Source: an uncultured bacterium
Lineage (GTDB): Bacteria; Zhuqueibacterota; QNDG01; DTFT01
Direction: 5' to 3'
Assembly: GCA_963736115.1 (NCBI GenBank)
Contig: CAVTNR010000002.1
Location: 64,001 to 128,000, forward strand
DNA: 64,000 nucleotides
Shown: piece after piece, positions 9,236-19,700 of the stretch
Layout: each line of letters starts with the position of its first letter
Numbering within the stretch: the first letter of the stretch is position 1
Translations under genes and position numbers: made by a program
The notes under the pieces: generated by a model
Database searches by the model: none
Told to the model about the DNA's origin: nothing
Seen by the model: only the letters and a program-made list of their open reading frames with translations

Positions 9236-10144
9236 TCAACGGGGGCCGTATTTCTGATTGAAACGGTCCTGGGGCAGGAACCGTTTTTCGATCTCCCGCA
9301 CATCCTGAAATCCCACGAGTTCCTTCCAGTAGTCGAAGGAAACGACGAGGTCCTCCCGTCCGGGCGCCACCCCGCCCTGCGCCGCGATCGCCTTGAGATA
9401 CTCCTCCATGCCTTTCACCGCGGCGAACGCCGTGCCCACCGGAATGGACACCCGCGCCACGCGGAGCTTCCGGAGTTCCTCGATCGGCATCACCGGCGTC
9501 TTGCCACCGACCACGCCGTCGAACAGATTGATCGAGATGGGGGCTTTAATCTCGGAAACGATGCGCCGGATCTGCTCGGCTGTCCGGGGCGCCTCGACGA
9601 AGATGAGATCAGCGCCGGCTTCGGCGTAGGCGTTGCCCCTGCGGATCGCCTCGTCGAGCCCGCTCACGGCGATGGCGTCGGTCCGGGCGTTGATGATGAA
9701 GTCCGGATCGGTCCGGGCCGCCTTGGCGGCCCCGATTTTTCCGACCATCTCCTCGACGGGCACAATTTCCTTGCCTTCAAGATGGCCGCAGCGCTTCGGG
9801 AAAACCTGGTCTTCGAGGTTCACGCCGGCGGCGCTGATGGCCTCGAACTCCTGGACCGTGCGGTACACGTTCACGGCCGTGCCGAACCCCGTGTCACCGT
9901 CGGCCATCACCGGCACGTCCACGGCCTGCACGATCTTCCGCGTCTGGTCGAGCATTTCGCCGTAGGAAAGTAGGCCGACGTCGGGCTTTCCCAGCAGAGA
10001 AGCCGCGATGCCGAATCCGGAGCACTGGATGGCCTTGAATCCCGCGCGCTGGATGAGGATGGCGGAAATCGCGTCGTAGGCGCCTACCATGACCAGGGGC
10101 TCCCTCGCTTCGAGCATCTTTCTCAACTGCGTTGTTTTTTTCAT
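9236..10144 (-). CDS. Isocitrate lyase/PEP mutase superfamily enzyme (2-methylisocitrate lyase-like)
   Basis: [33 protein letters not shown] and GADLIFVE motifs. Confidence 0.85.
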   Translation of the reverse strand: MKKTTQLRKMLEAREPLVMVGAYDAISAILIQRAGFKAIQCSGFGIAASLLGKPDVGLLSYGEMLDQTRKIVQAVDVPVMADGDTGFGTAVNVYRTVQEFEAISAAGVNLEDQVFPKRCGHLEGKEIVPVEEMVGKIGAAKAARTDPDFIINARTDAIAVSGLDEAIRRGNAYAEAGADLIFVEAPRTAEQIRRIVSEIKAPISINLFDGVVGGKTPVMPIEELRKLRVARVSIPVGTAFAAVKGMEEYLKAIAAQGGVAPGREDLVVSFDYWKELVGFQDVREIEKRFLPQDRFNQKYGPR

Positions 10145-10287
10145 GGCGGCTTCTCCCGTCCGAATGGGTCAGGTGGCGGCCGGCCGGAACGCCGGGCGGC
10201 GTTCCCGGTCCGGCCGGAAAAGAAAAAGCCGGACGCGACTGCCCCGGCCTGGTGTCAGCGGTGAAACGGACATGGTCGTCCCGGCTG

Positions 10288-11399
10288 TCAGATCAGTTTA
10301 TCGGCCGGTGTGTATTTTAGATCGAACGCCTGGGCGACCGCCGAATGGGTGATCTCGCCCTTGTACATGTTGAGGCCCGTCCGGATCTCCAGAGATGTGC
10401 GGATCAGCACGTCCATCGCGACGTCCGCGATCCGGATGATGTAAGGCAGGGTGGCATTCGTCAGGGCGATAGTGGACGTGTAGGGCACGGCGCCCGGCAT
10501 ATTGGCCACGCCGTAGTGGATCACGCCGTCCACGACGAAGGTCGGATGGTCGTGCGTTGTCGGTTTGGAGGTCTCGATGCACCCGCCCTGATCGACCGAG
10601 ACATCGACGATCACGGAACCCGGACGCAGAAGCGACAGCATGTCGCGGGTCACGAGCCGCGGGGCCTTGGCCCCCACAACCAGGATGGCTCCGATCAGGA
10701 GGTCGGTGAAGGGAAGCAGATCCCGGAGGTTGTACTCGTTGGAAAAGACGGTCACCACGTTTTCGGCATCACGTCCTGGAGATACCGGAGCCGGTTCAAG
10801 TTGCTGTCGAGAATGTACACCTCGGCGCCCATGCCCGCGGCGATCTTGGCCGCGTTCGTCCCCACGACGCCGCCGCCGAGAATGGTGACCACGCCGGGAG
10901 GCGCGCCGGGAACGCCGCCCAGGAGAACGCCGCGGCCCCCGTTGAATTTCTCCAGGAAACGGGCGCCTTCCTGCGTGGCCATACGTCCGGCGACCTCGCT
11001 CATGGGAACAAGAAGCGGCAGACTTCCGTCCGGCAGTTCGACAGTCTCATAGGCGACCGCCGCGGCCCCTGTTTTCTGAAAATCCGCGGTCAGCTGTCTG
11101 TCCGCGGCGAAGTGAAAGTAGGTGAATACGATCTGCCCGCGCCGGATCATCAAAATTTCCGAAGGCTGGGGTTCCTTCACCTTGACGATCATGTCCGCTT
11201 CCCGGAACAAGTCCCCGGCTGTATCGACGAGCAGACAGCCGGCGGACCGATACTGCTCGTCCTGGAAACCGCTGTTCTGTCCGGCTCCTCTCTGGACGAA
11301 AACTCGGTGTCCGCGCTTGGTGAGCTCCGCAGCGCCGTGCGGCGTCATGGAGACGCGGTTTTCCGCGGTCTTGATCTCGGTCGGGACGCCGATTTTCAT
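10288..11399 (-). pseudogene. ald: Alanine dehydrogenase with a 1-nt deletion in an A run near 10760, possibly a sequencing error
   Basis: MKIGVPTEIKTAENRV, KVKEP, FTYFHFAA, PMSEVAGR and GGGVVG motifs, then in another frame VDVSVDQGG and GVANMPGAVP. atg ccg aaa acg tgg tga lacks one A relative to M-P-K-N-V-V. Confidence 0.9.
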
Positions 11400-11422
11400 A
11401 TGGAACTCCTCGCTTAAGACAG

Positions 11423-11446
11423 TTGAATATTCCGGGGAATATTCAA
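11423..11446. promoter_or_regulatory. Perfect 11-bp inverted repeat upstream of ald (candidate operator)
   Basis: TTGAATATTCC-gg-GGAATATTCAA. Confidence 0.45.
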
Positions 11447-11575
11447 ATATATCCATGCATCCTGATAAAGTCAAGATGATGTTATAGGCTGGAAACCGGC
11501 CATTCGGAAATGATGAATCGGACCGACTCGGTTATTCGGGAAAATGACGGAATATTCTGTTCTTCTATTAATTAT

Positions 11576-11604
11576 TTGACTTGAATTGAGAATCATTGTA
11601 CATT
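11576..11604 (+). promoter_or_regulatory. Sigma-70-like promoter
   Basis: TTGACT-17 nt-TACATT upstream of the DAK2-DegV gene. Confidence 0.55.
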
Positions 11605-11654
11605 AAAATCTTCCTCCCGATTTACGGATAGCGGAACTCGACAGGGGAGAACCC

Positions 11655-13436
11655 ATGAAATTACGGCATCTGGACGGCGAAAGTCTGTATTACGCCTTCT
11701 TCCACGGCCGGCGCGCGGTGGTTCACCGGCAGAAGCACCTGAACAAGATCAACGTCTTTCCGGTCGCGGACGGCGACACGGGAACCAACCTTGCCATGAC
11801 CATGCATTCCATGATTGAAGGCACATCGGGGACCGGAACCGTCGCGTCGGTGAGCCGAGGCATGGCGGACGCGGCCCTGTCCGGATCCAGGGGCAATTCC
11901 GGAATCATATTCGCCCAGTTCGTCCGCGGCCTGAGCGAGGCGGTTCAGGGCAAGGATAAACTGGACAAAAAAGAGTTCACCCAGGCCGCACGGCGCGCGG
12001 TGGATTCAGCCTACAAGGCCCTGGCCAAACCCGTGGAAGGGACCATCCTCACCGTGATGCGCGCCTGGGTCAATGCGCTCGACGCGCTGCATGAAAAAAA
12101 AGCGAGTTTTGTGGGTCTGTTTCACGAGTCGCTGGTCGCGGCACGCCGCGCGCTGCAGGAAACGCCGAAAATGATGAAAGCCCTCGAGAAGGCGAAAGTC
12201 GTCGACGCCGGCGCTGAGGGCTTCGTCACCTTTCTCGAAGGCGTGATGCATTTCGTCCGTTCCGGCGAAAAGCCGGAATTGCTGAACGAACCCTTGGCCG
12301 CCGCGGAAGCGCAGGACACGCACATGCTGCAGCCCGATGGGGAGATCCGGCATCGGTACTGCACGGAATTGCTCCTGGAAGGGAAGGATCTTTCTCTTGA
12401 CGCGGTCCGCGCGGCAGTGGAGAACATGGGGGACTCCGCGGCCGTGGCCGGGGGCGGCGACCGCCTGCGGGTTCACATCCACACGAATGAGCCTTGGAAG
12501 GTATACGAGACCTGTTCGCGGATCGGGCATATTGCGAAGCAGAAAGTCGATGACATGATCCGCCAGAACCAGATCGCACATCACCGCCGCGCCGGCATCG
12601 CGGTGGTCACCGATTCGGCATGCGATCTGCCGCAGGAGTGGCTGGACCGTTTCCAGATCCACGTCGTCCCGCTCAATCTCGCGTTCGGCGAGAAACAATA
12701 CCTGGACCAGCTCACGGTCAAGCCCGGCCAGTTCTACCGCATGCTGGACGAGGAACCGGACTTCCCCAAAACCTCACAACCCCCGGCGGCCGTTTTCGCG
12801 GACCTGTATCGCCGGCTCTCCCATCATTATCACTCGATCATTTCCATCCATCTGTCCGGCGGCCTGTCCGGTACGCTCAACTCGGCGCGCCTGGCCGCGG
12901 AGCAGGTGACGGGCGTGTCCATTGCGGTGGTGGACTCGAAAAATCTGTCCTCGAGCCTCGGCCTCATGGTGGTGACCGTCGCCGAAGCGGTCGCTGCGGG
13001 AAAGCGCTTCGCGGACGTGGTCCGGCTCGCAGAATCCCTGCCGGGGAAAACGCGCATTCTGGTCGGCGTCCCGGCCCTCAAGTCCTACATCCGGGGCGGA
13101 CGCATCTCGCCGCTCAAGGGCTGGATCGCCAATTTACTGAACCTCAAACCGATCATCTCGATCAATGCCGAAGGCAAGGGCATCCTGTTCGGCAAGGCGT
13201 TTTCCAGGAGCAAAAATCTGGAGAAAATCGTCGACATCCTTTCGCGACTGCACCAGAAAACCCCGGTCCGCAGGTATGTGGTGGGTCATACGGCGGACGA
13301 ACCGGCCGCCCGGGCCTTCGCAGAAAAGATCGAGCTGGAAATCGGAATGAAACCCGAATTCATCGCTTCGATCTCGCCAGTGATCGGTGCGCACGCCGGT
13401 CCCGGATCCGTGTGCGTGTGTTTCATGACGGATTGA
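11655..13436 (+). CDS. DAK2-DegV fusion (fatty acid kinase FakA-FakB-like)
   Basis: NVFPVADGDTGTN, SRGNSG, KPVEGTILTV, VVDAGA, YCTE and VHIHTN motifs (FakA), followed by VTDSACDLP, KTSQP, LSGT, GGRI and IGAHAGPG (DegV/FakB). Confidence 0.9.
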   Translation: MKLRHLDGESLYYAFFHGRRAVVHRQKHLNKINVFPVADGDTGTNLAMTMHSMIEGTSGTGTVASVSRGMADAALSGSRGNSGIIFAQFVRGLSEAVQGKDKLDKKEFTQAARRAVDSAYKALAKPVEGTILTVMRAWVNALDALHEKKASFVGLFHESLVAARRALQETPKMMKALEKAKVVDAGAEGFVTFLEGVMHFVRSGEKPELLNEPLAAAEAQDTHMLQPDGEIRHRYCTELLLEGKDLSLDAVRAAVENMGDSAAVAGGGDRLRVHIHTNEPWKVYETCSRIGHIAKQKVDDMIRQNQIAHHRRAGIAVVTDSACDLPQEWLDRFQIHVVPLNLAFGEKQYLDQLTVKPGQFYRMLDEEPDFPKTSQPPAAVFADLYRRLSHHYHSIISIHLSGGLSGTLNSARLAAEQVTGVSIAVVDSKNLSSSLGLMVVTVAEAVAAGKRFADVVRLAESLPGKTRILVGVPALKSYIRGGRISPLKGWIANLLNLKPIISINAEGKGILFGKAFSRSKNLEKIVDILSRLHQKTPVRRYVVGHTADEPAARAFAEKIELEIGMKPEFIASISPVIGAHAGPGSVCVCFMTD

Positions 13437-13476
13437 CGAATCATTAAACGCTGAGATTCAAGCAAATCGTCTCAAT

Positions 13477-13503
13477 GTCATCCCCGCGCAAGCGGGGATC
13501 CAG
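13477..13503. repeat. GTCATCCCCGCG-type REP palindrome (empty form)
   Basis: gtcatccccgcgcaagcggggatccag. Confidence 0.75.
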
Positions 13504-13658
13504 TCTTCCGTTATCCGGATAAATGGATCCTTGTGGAGGATTCTGAGATCCCTCGCCAGCGAAACAAGATTCGGTTTATCACGAAATACATCTATTATTA
13601 ATGGAATAATCCACTGCAGACACACGCCCAAATCACCGCCGCATTCCTCTTCGTCTAC

Positions 13659-14390
13659 ATGACGGCCTTCTACCTGGCCGCGCGCCGACTCCGCAACAAC
13701 GGCCTGGCGGATACGGCCTGGGGCCTGGGATTCGTCCTGGTCGCCTGGCTGAACCTTTTCCTGTCCGGCTCGGCAACGGCCCGGTCCCTTACGGTCACCG
13801 CTCTGGTGACAGCCTGGGGCCTCCGGCTCGCGCTCCATATTTTCGCCCGCAACCGCGGGAAGACCGAGGATTTCCGGTATGCGGAAATGCGGCGGAAATG
13901 GGGCCATCATGCGGAATTGAAAAGCTACGGTAACGTCTTCCTTCTGCAGGGTTTTCTTCTTTATGTCATCGCCTGGCCCATCGTGCTGGCGAATACGGCC
14001 GCGGTCAATGAGGGGTTCGGAGTCCTGGAATCGCTCGGCCTCGCAGTCTGGATAACCGGCTTCGTCTTCGAAGCCGTTTCCGACCGCCAGCTCCGCGATT
14101 TCATCCGGAAGGGTAAAACGCCGGAGAACCCGTACATGACCGAAGGCTTGTGGAAATACACCCGCCATCCCAATTACTTCGGCGAGGCGCTTCTCTGGTG
14201 GGGCGTTTTCCTGCTCGCGGTCCGCTCCCCGCTCGGATGGACCGGCATCGTCAGCCCATTTCTTATCGGATTTCTGGTCCGTTTCGTCTCCGGCGTGCCG
14301 CTTCTCGAAAAAAAGCACCTGCAGGATCCCCGGTACCGTCCGTACGCGGAACGGACGAACGTGTTTTTTCCGTGGATACCGAAAAAATGA
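13659..14390 (+). CDS. DUF1295 / steroid 5-alpha-reductase-like membrane protein; true start probably ATG 13601 with a +1 indel
   Basis: ADTAWG, WGLRL, EDFRY, GLWKYTRHPNYFGE and SGVPLLE motifs. Confidence 0.85.
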   Translation: MTAFYLAARRLRNNGLADTAWGLGFVLVAWLNLFLSGSATARSLTVTALVTAWGLRLALHIFARNRGKTEDFRYAEMRRKWGHHAELKSYGNVFLLQGFLLYVIAWPIVLANTAAVNEGFGVLESLGLAVWITGFVFEAVSDRQLRDFIRKGKTPENPYMTEGLWKYTRHPNYFGEALLWWGVFLLAVRSPLGWTGIVSPFLIGFLVRFVSGVPLLEKKHLQDPRYRPYAERTNVFFPWIPKK

Positions 14391-15397
14391 GAAAATCGCT
14401 GATCCGGGCCGTTCTGGCCGTACTGCTCGCCTCCGGACTTCGTGCCCAATCCCCCGACTCCCTCCTGCTCCCCGGCATCCGGCTCACGCTCGCATGCGAT
14501 TTCGACGCCGCCTTATATGTCTTCCGTTCCTACTGCCGTACGCACCCGCACGACCCCGCGGGACCTTTCTATGTCGCGGCCACATACCAGTCCGCAATGA
14601 TGGATGCGGAATCGGACCGGTACGAGAAGGAATTTTTCGAGGCCGTCAGCCGGTCCATACGCATGGCCGACTCCCTGATCGCGGCCGGACGGCCGGACAG
14701 CCGGGTTTATTTCCACCTTGGGAACGCCTGGAGCTACAAGGGCCTGTACGAAGCCAAGCGGGGCGGCCTGGCCACGGGCGTACTGCACGCCCACCGGGGC
14801 GTGGGCTACCTGGAAAAGGCACTGGAAGCGGACTCCCTGTATGAAGACGCCTACCTCGGAGTCGGCAGTTACAAATACTGGTCCGGCCGTTATTACAAAT
14901 ACCTGCGCTGGCTTCCCTGGATCCGCGACGAACGCGACCTCGGCATCCGGCTGGTCCGGCGCGTAATCGAGAAGGGAACCCTCTCCCGCTGGGTCGGAAT
15001 GAGCAGTCTGGGCTGGATCGAGTATGACCGGAAGAACTACAAAGAAAGTCTAAGACTTTTCAGGCAGGGGCTGGCCGAATTCCCCGGAAGCCGTTTTTTC
15101 CTGTGGGGGGAAGCGGACTGTCTTTTCGCGGACGGGGATTACCCTGAGGCGGTCGCACGGTATGAGAATCTGCTCGCTTCCATTCTCGGGGATAAAACCC
15201 AGAGCGGTTACAACGAGGCGGAATGCCGCACCAAGCTGATGACGGCCTATGACAAAATCGGCCGTCCGGAAGCTGCTGAGGCGCAGGCCCGTGCCGTGCT
15301 GGCCATACAGGCGGATCCGACCGTGAGAAAACGGATGGAACGTCAGCGCAAGGCCGCGGCCGAATGGCTCGACCGGAATCGCGGAGGGACTCGGTGA
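14387..15397 (+). CDS. Secreted TPR-repeat protein
   Basis: ATGA overlap with the upstream gene; signal peptide MRKSLIRAVLAVLLASGLRA; TPR-like helices (DAYLGVGSYKYW). Confidence 0.75.
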   Translation: MRKSLIRAVLAVLLASGLRAQSPDSLLLPGIRLTLACDFDAALYVFRSYCRTHPHDPAGPFYVAATYQSAMMDAESDRYEKEFFEAVSRSIRMADSLIAAGRPDSRVYFHLGNAWSYKGLYEAKRGGLATGVLHAHRGVGYLEKALEADSLYEDAYLGVGSYKYWSGRYYKYLRWLPWIRDERDLGIRLVRRVIEKGTLSRWVGMSSLGWIEYDRKNYKESLRLFRQGLAEFPGSRFFLWGEADCLFADGDYPEAVARYENLLASILGDKTQSGYNEAECRTKLMTAYDKIGRPEAAEAQARAVLAIQADPTVRKRMERQRKAAAEWLDRNRGGTR

Positions 15398-16518
15398 GAC
15401 GCCGTCTTTCCGTTGCAGCCGCGGCGCTCATTCTGCTGGCGGCACTCCGGCCGGGCGTCGGCATGTCCCGGTCGCTCGAGGACAGCCTGAGGTTGGACAT
15501 AGAGGACGGTCGGCTGGATGCTTTTTCGAAAATCGAAGCCGCCTTCATCCTGTCCGGCGTCGAGGATCCGGACAGCCTCACCGCCTGTGTGGACTGGCAT
15601 CAGAGTATTGTCCAGACCATTGAAAACTTCCGCTTCCAGATGACGGACCGCGCCGGGTCAAGCCGTCGCGTATTCGCCTGGCTGCACGGCGCCTGGCTCG
15701 TGCGATACGACGCGGAAGCCACCACGTTGACGGACGTACGCAACCGTAAAACCTACAACTGCGTTTCCGGCACTATTCTCTTCAATCTGACCTGCGAAAC
15801 GCTCGGCTGGTCCACGGACGCTTTTGAAACGCCCACCCACGTCTATACCTTTTTCAACAACTATACGGAGCGGATTCCCATCGAAAACACGTCGCCCATG
15901 GGGTTCGATATCATGAAAAATCTGGGCGAATACTCCCGCTTCCTCCTGCAGTATTATCCCGGCAACCGCGCCGCGCGCATCGGACTCGACCGGCTCTTCG
16001 CGCATGAAAACGGGAAAGGCCGCGAGATCAACAACACCGAACTGCTGGGCCTGCTCGCGTACAACCGCGCCTTTTTCGCGCGCAAGGACAGCAGTTACGA
16101 ACGGGCCTGGAATTACGTCCTGCTCGCTCGCAGGTTCAACCGGGATTCCCGCTCGAATGTTGATTTCGAAATCGGCCTGACCTTCGAATGGGGATCCGTC
16201 CTGCTCAAGCGGGGCGAAAACCGGACCGCGTTCGAGACATACGCCGAAGGCTTCCGCCGTTTCCCGGACATCGGCGATCTGCGGCAGAACGCCAGGGCGG
16301 CTTTCTTCCGTTTTCTCCATACGCCGCAGTCGTGGAATTCGGTACGGCCCGTGCTCGACGCGGCTCTCGATTTGCCGGCCTGGAACCGCGGCGATCTTCC
16401 CTTCCTCAGGAACCGGCTCGCCCTCCTGCTTTCCTCCAGTCCGGACCAGGCTGTCGCGGACGAAATCCGCGCTTATCTCGACGCGCTTCCCGGCTTGGCG
16501 GAGGAGTTGAAAAACTGA
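15394..16518 (+). CDS. Secreted protein with a transglutaminase-like Cys-His core and helical repeats
   Basis: GTGA overlap; signal peptide; YNCVSGT...ETPTHVY...IENTSPMGF motif arrangement. Confidence 0.6.
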   Translation: MRRRLSVAAAALILLAALRPGVGMSRSLEDSLRLDIEDGRLDAFSKIEAAFILSGVEDPDSLTACVDWHQSIVQTIENFRFQMTDRAGSSRRVFAWLHGAWLVRYDAEATTLTDVRNRKTYNCVSGTILFNLTCETLGWSTDAFETPTHVYTFFNNYTERIPIENTSPMGFDIMKNLGEYSRFLLQYYPGNRAARIGLDRLFAHENGKGREINNTELLGLLAYNRAFFARKDSSYERAWNYVLLARRFNRDSRSNVDFEIGLTFEWGSVLLKRGENRTAFETYAEGFRRFPDIGDLRQNARAAFFRFLHTPQSWNSVRPVLDAALDLPAWNRGDLPFLRNRLALLLSSSPDQAVADEIRAYLDALPGLAEELKN

Positions 16519-16581
16519 TTTCGCGGGAATGACCGGAAACCGATAAATCGGTTTCCGGGAGGGGACAATCATTCACAATTT

Positions 16582-16604
16582 CCCACGACTGAAGTCGTGG
16601 GCTC
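16582..16604. repeat. Solitary REP-like hairpin
   Basis: cccacgactgaagtcgtgggctc. Confidence 0.5.
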
Positions 16605-16773
16605 CGAATCCCGTTCCCCTTCCCGGTTTTTCGAGGGAATCCATCAGAAATCCGTGGCCCCGGCGGACACACCCGATTGATAAATATGATCTTACGATTC
16701 GGCATGCCGTTTGCGTGAAATGGTCCGTCAACCTCCTGACGCAATCCCGCATGTTTCGAAAGGAAGCCGGCAT

Positions 16774-19700
16774 ATGAAAAGAACAACCCTGTTTTTCAGC
16801 CTGGCGATTGCCTTCGCCCTGTCCGGAATCCGGCCCCCCGACGCGGGTGCGGCCGGGACCGCGGACTCGCCCGCAAGCCGTTTCGAACGTCTCCGAATGC
16901 ACAGGAACGTATGGCAAAAAGTTCTGGAAAGAAACGCCGGTTTCACGGCCGTCCGGATCTCGAGCGCGGACGACACCACTGGATCCATTTCCGGATTCGT
17001 CCTGGGGCTGGACTCAGTCGCGGTGCAAACCGCTTATGTCGAAGCCATCCCGATCCTCAGCATCGTGGACCGGGACACGGTTTTTGGGCCGAGCCATGGC
17101 GGCGTTTCCCGGGTCAGTCCCGATGACTTGTCATTCTCGATCACCGGCCTGGCTCCAGGCCCGTACTGGGTCTATGCCTGCGCGGACGGTTATACCCCCG
17201 AATACTACAACGGGGGCGGTGATTTCCCGGAAGCGGACACGGTGCATGTGGAGCCTGACCTGGACGTGTCGGGAATCGTTTTCAACCTGCAGAAAATCAC
17301 ACCCGGAACCGGCGGATTATCCGGATTCATTCTGGACGAGGCGGACGGGGCGCCGATCGGGGATGCCTGGGTCACAGCCGTGGCCTCATGGGAGCCCTAC
17401 ACCTATGGCAGGGCAATGACGGATAAACAGGGCCGCTTTGTCATCGGCGGACTGAAATCCGGGGCCTACACGCTTTCCGCGGGCGCTGAGGGATACATCG
17501 AGGAATTCTATTACAATGCGCCTGTCTGGGAGCTCGCCTCAGCCGTGACCGTCACCGAACCGGACACCGTTTCCGGACTCGTCATCCGCCTGACCGAGGG
17601 CGGCACTGTATCCGGACGCGTGACGGACAAGGAAGGAGGCCCCGTCTCCGACGCCTGGATACAGGTTTACTCGGACGCGTCCGGCGATTCGACATGGATG
17701 GATTCGACCCGGACGGAGGCGCGCAAGTTCGATGCCGGCGCCTCCACGGAAGAGGACGGCACTTACCGGATCACCGGCATACCGGAGGGCGAATACTTCG
17801 TCACCGCTTACTCACAGTGGAATCCCTGGATGCAGAACCAGATTTGGTACGACGGCGCGACGGATCCCTCGTCCGCGACGCGGGTTCCGGTCCGATCCGG
17901 AGTTGAAACGCCGGGCATCGATTTCGTTTTCGATTTCACCGCTGCGGACGGCTCCGTTTCCGGACGCGTCACCGATCTGGACGGCAGGCCGATCGAGTAT
18001 GCGCAAGTCCAGCTTTTTTCGGACGGATCCGACGCCTGGGGGAACTCGATTTGGATGACCGCCTCGACCGACGCGAACGGCGATTACAGCCTGTATTTCG
18101 TCCCAGAAGGCCGGTATTATGTCAACTGCTGGGCCCAGGCCGGATGGTCGAGCGTATTCCGCTACTGGCCCGATTCCGAGGATTTCGCGGGCGCACAGTT
18201 GATTTCCGTAGATGGTGTCACCGCGGTAGCCAACGTGGATTTCATTCTGCCGTTGGCGCCGGGCACGGCTTCCGTTGAGGGAACCGTGACCGATGCCGCC
18301 GGACATCCGCTGACCGGCGCGTATGTTGAAATCAATCCATTCCAGTCCGGAGCCGCGGACTCAGGCAAGTCGGGAAAGGAGTTCTGCGCCTGGGCATATT
18401 CGGACAGCGACGGCGTGTACCGGGTGAAGGGACTGCCCGCGGGACCGGTTCAGGTCCATTGCTCCTACTGGGAAAACGAAAGCCGCGGCGAGGAATGGTA
18501 CAGCGGCGCGTCCGTCCCTGAAGATGCGGATCCGGTGACCCTGTCGGACGGCCAGATGGTATCCGGCATCGATTTCAGCCTGACGGTCCGCCGCTTCTAC
18601 GGCAGCATCGCGGGAACCGTCATGGACGCGGAAACCGGAGCCCCGGTTCCGGGTGCGGTGGTGGAGATTCAGCCGCTTCGGTCCGATTGGGTCGGTTTCT
18701 GGCGGGGCACGATGAAAACCACACTGATCACGGACGCGGAGGGGAAGTACAGCGCGGAACGGCTGCTGCCCGGCGTCTATCTTTTGTCCGCCTATCGGAA
18801 AGGCGGATTCTCCTATTACCGGAACGCACCTGTTCCGGAGATGGCGGATTCCATGGCTCTGGAAGGAGGCGGGGAATTGACCGCCGATTTCAGCCTGGTT
18901 ATCCGGAATGAAGGCCCCGGTATCATCCGCGGCACCGTGACGTACGGACTCGGAGGCCCCCTGAGAGGCGGGTTGGAGGAAACCGGACCGGACGGCACGT
19001 CTGCGGGCCGGTCGCGTCTGCTCAAGGCCGACTCGGATATGCCGTTCCCGTATGCGGTCGTCATCGCCAAGCCCGTGGTCACCATCCAATCATGGCCCGA
19101 ATCCGAGCGGTTCTACAACACCTTATCGGCTCAGGACGGTTCCTACGAACTGACCGGACTGCCCGCGGGTGAATACTACGTCTGGAGCTTCGGCGGCTCA
19201 ACAGCACCCCAGTACTGGGATCATACCACGGATCCCGCTCAGGCGCAAACCATCCAGGTTGAAGCAGGCACGCCCGCGGATGGCGTCGATTTCGAGCTCG
19301 ACCAGATGCTGTTCTACGCATTCGACGCCATCGCGCCCGGCCGCAATCAGAACGCCGCATCCGTGCATGGAACCGTGCAGGACGGAAGCGGCGAACCGGT
19401 TTCATCCGCGGTCGTGCTTCTCCTGAACATCAGCGGACAGGCCGTGTCTTCCGCGGTCACGGGGCCGGACGGCGTCTATGCGCTTTCGGCCGCGGCCGGA
19501 GACTACGTTCTGCAGGCGGGTAAACTCGGGTACGGCACGGCTTTCAACGGCGGCGCCAAAAGCGCGGAGGAAGCGGTAGCCGTGAGGCTTGAAACCGGTT
19601 CCCTTGAGGTGAACTTTTCTCTCGGCGCGGCAAGCGCGGTCCCGCAGGGGCCGGTTCTTCCGGACCGGATGACCCTCGACGGAAATTATCCCAACCCGTT

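Noticed and set aside
10150-10287. Attenuator or riboswitch between ald and the lyase gene
   Set aside because: Only a weak terminator-like hairpin and GC-rich alternative pairings are present, with no recognisable aptamer.
11583-11601. Fur-box-like AATTGAGAATCATT in the DAK2-DegV promoter
   Set aside because: It is only a partial match, in an AT-rich promoter spacer, with no iron-related gene context.
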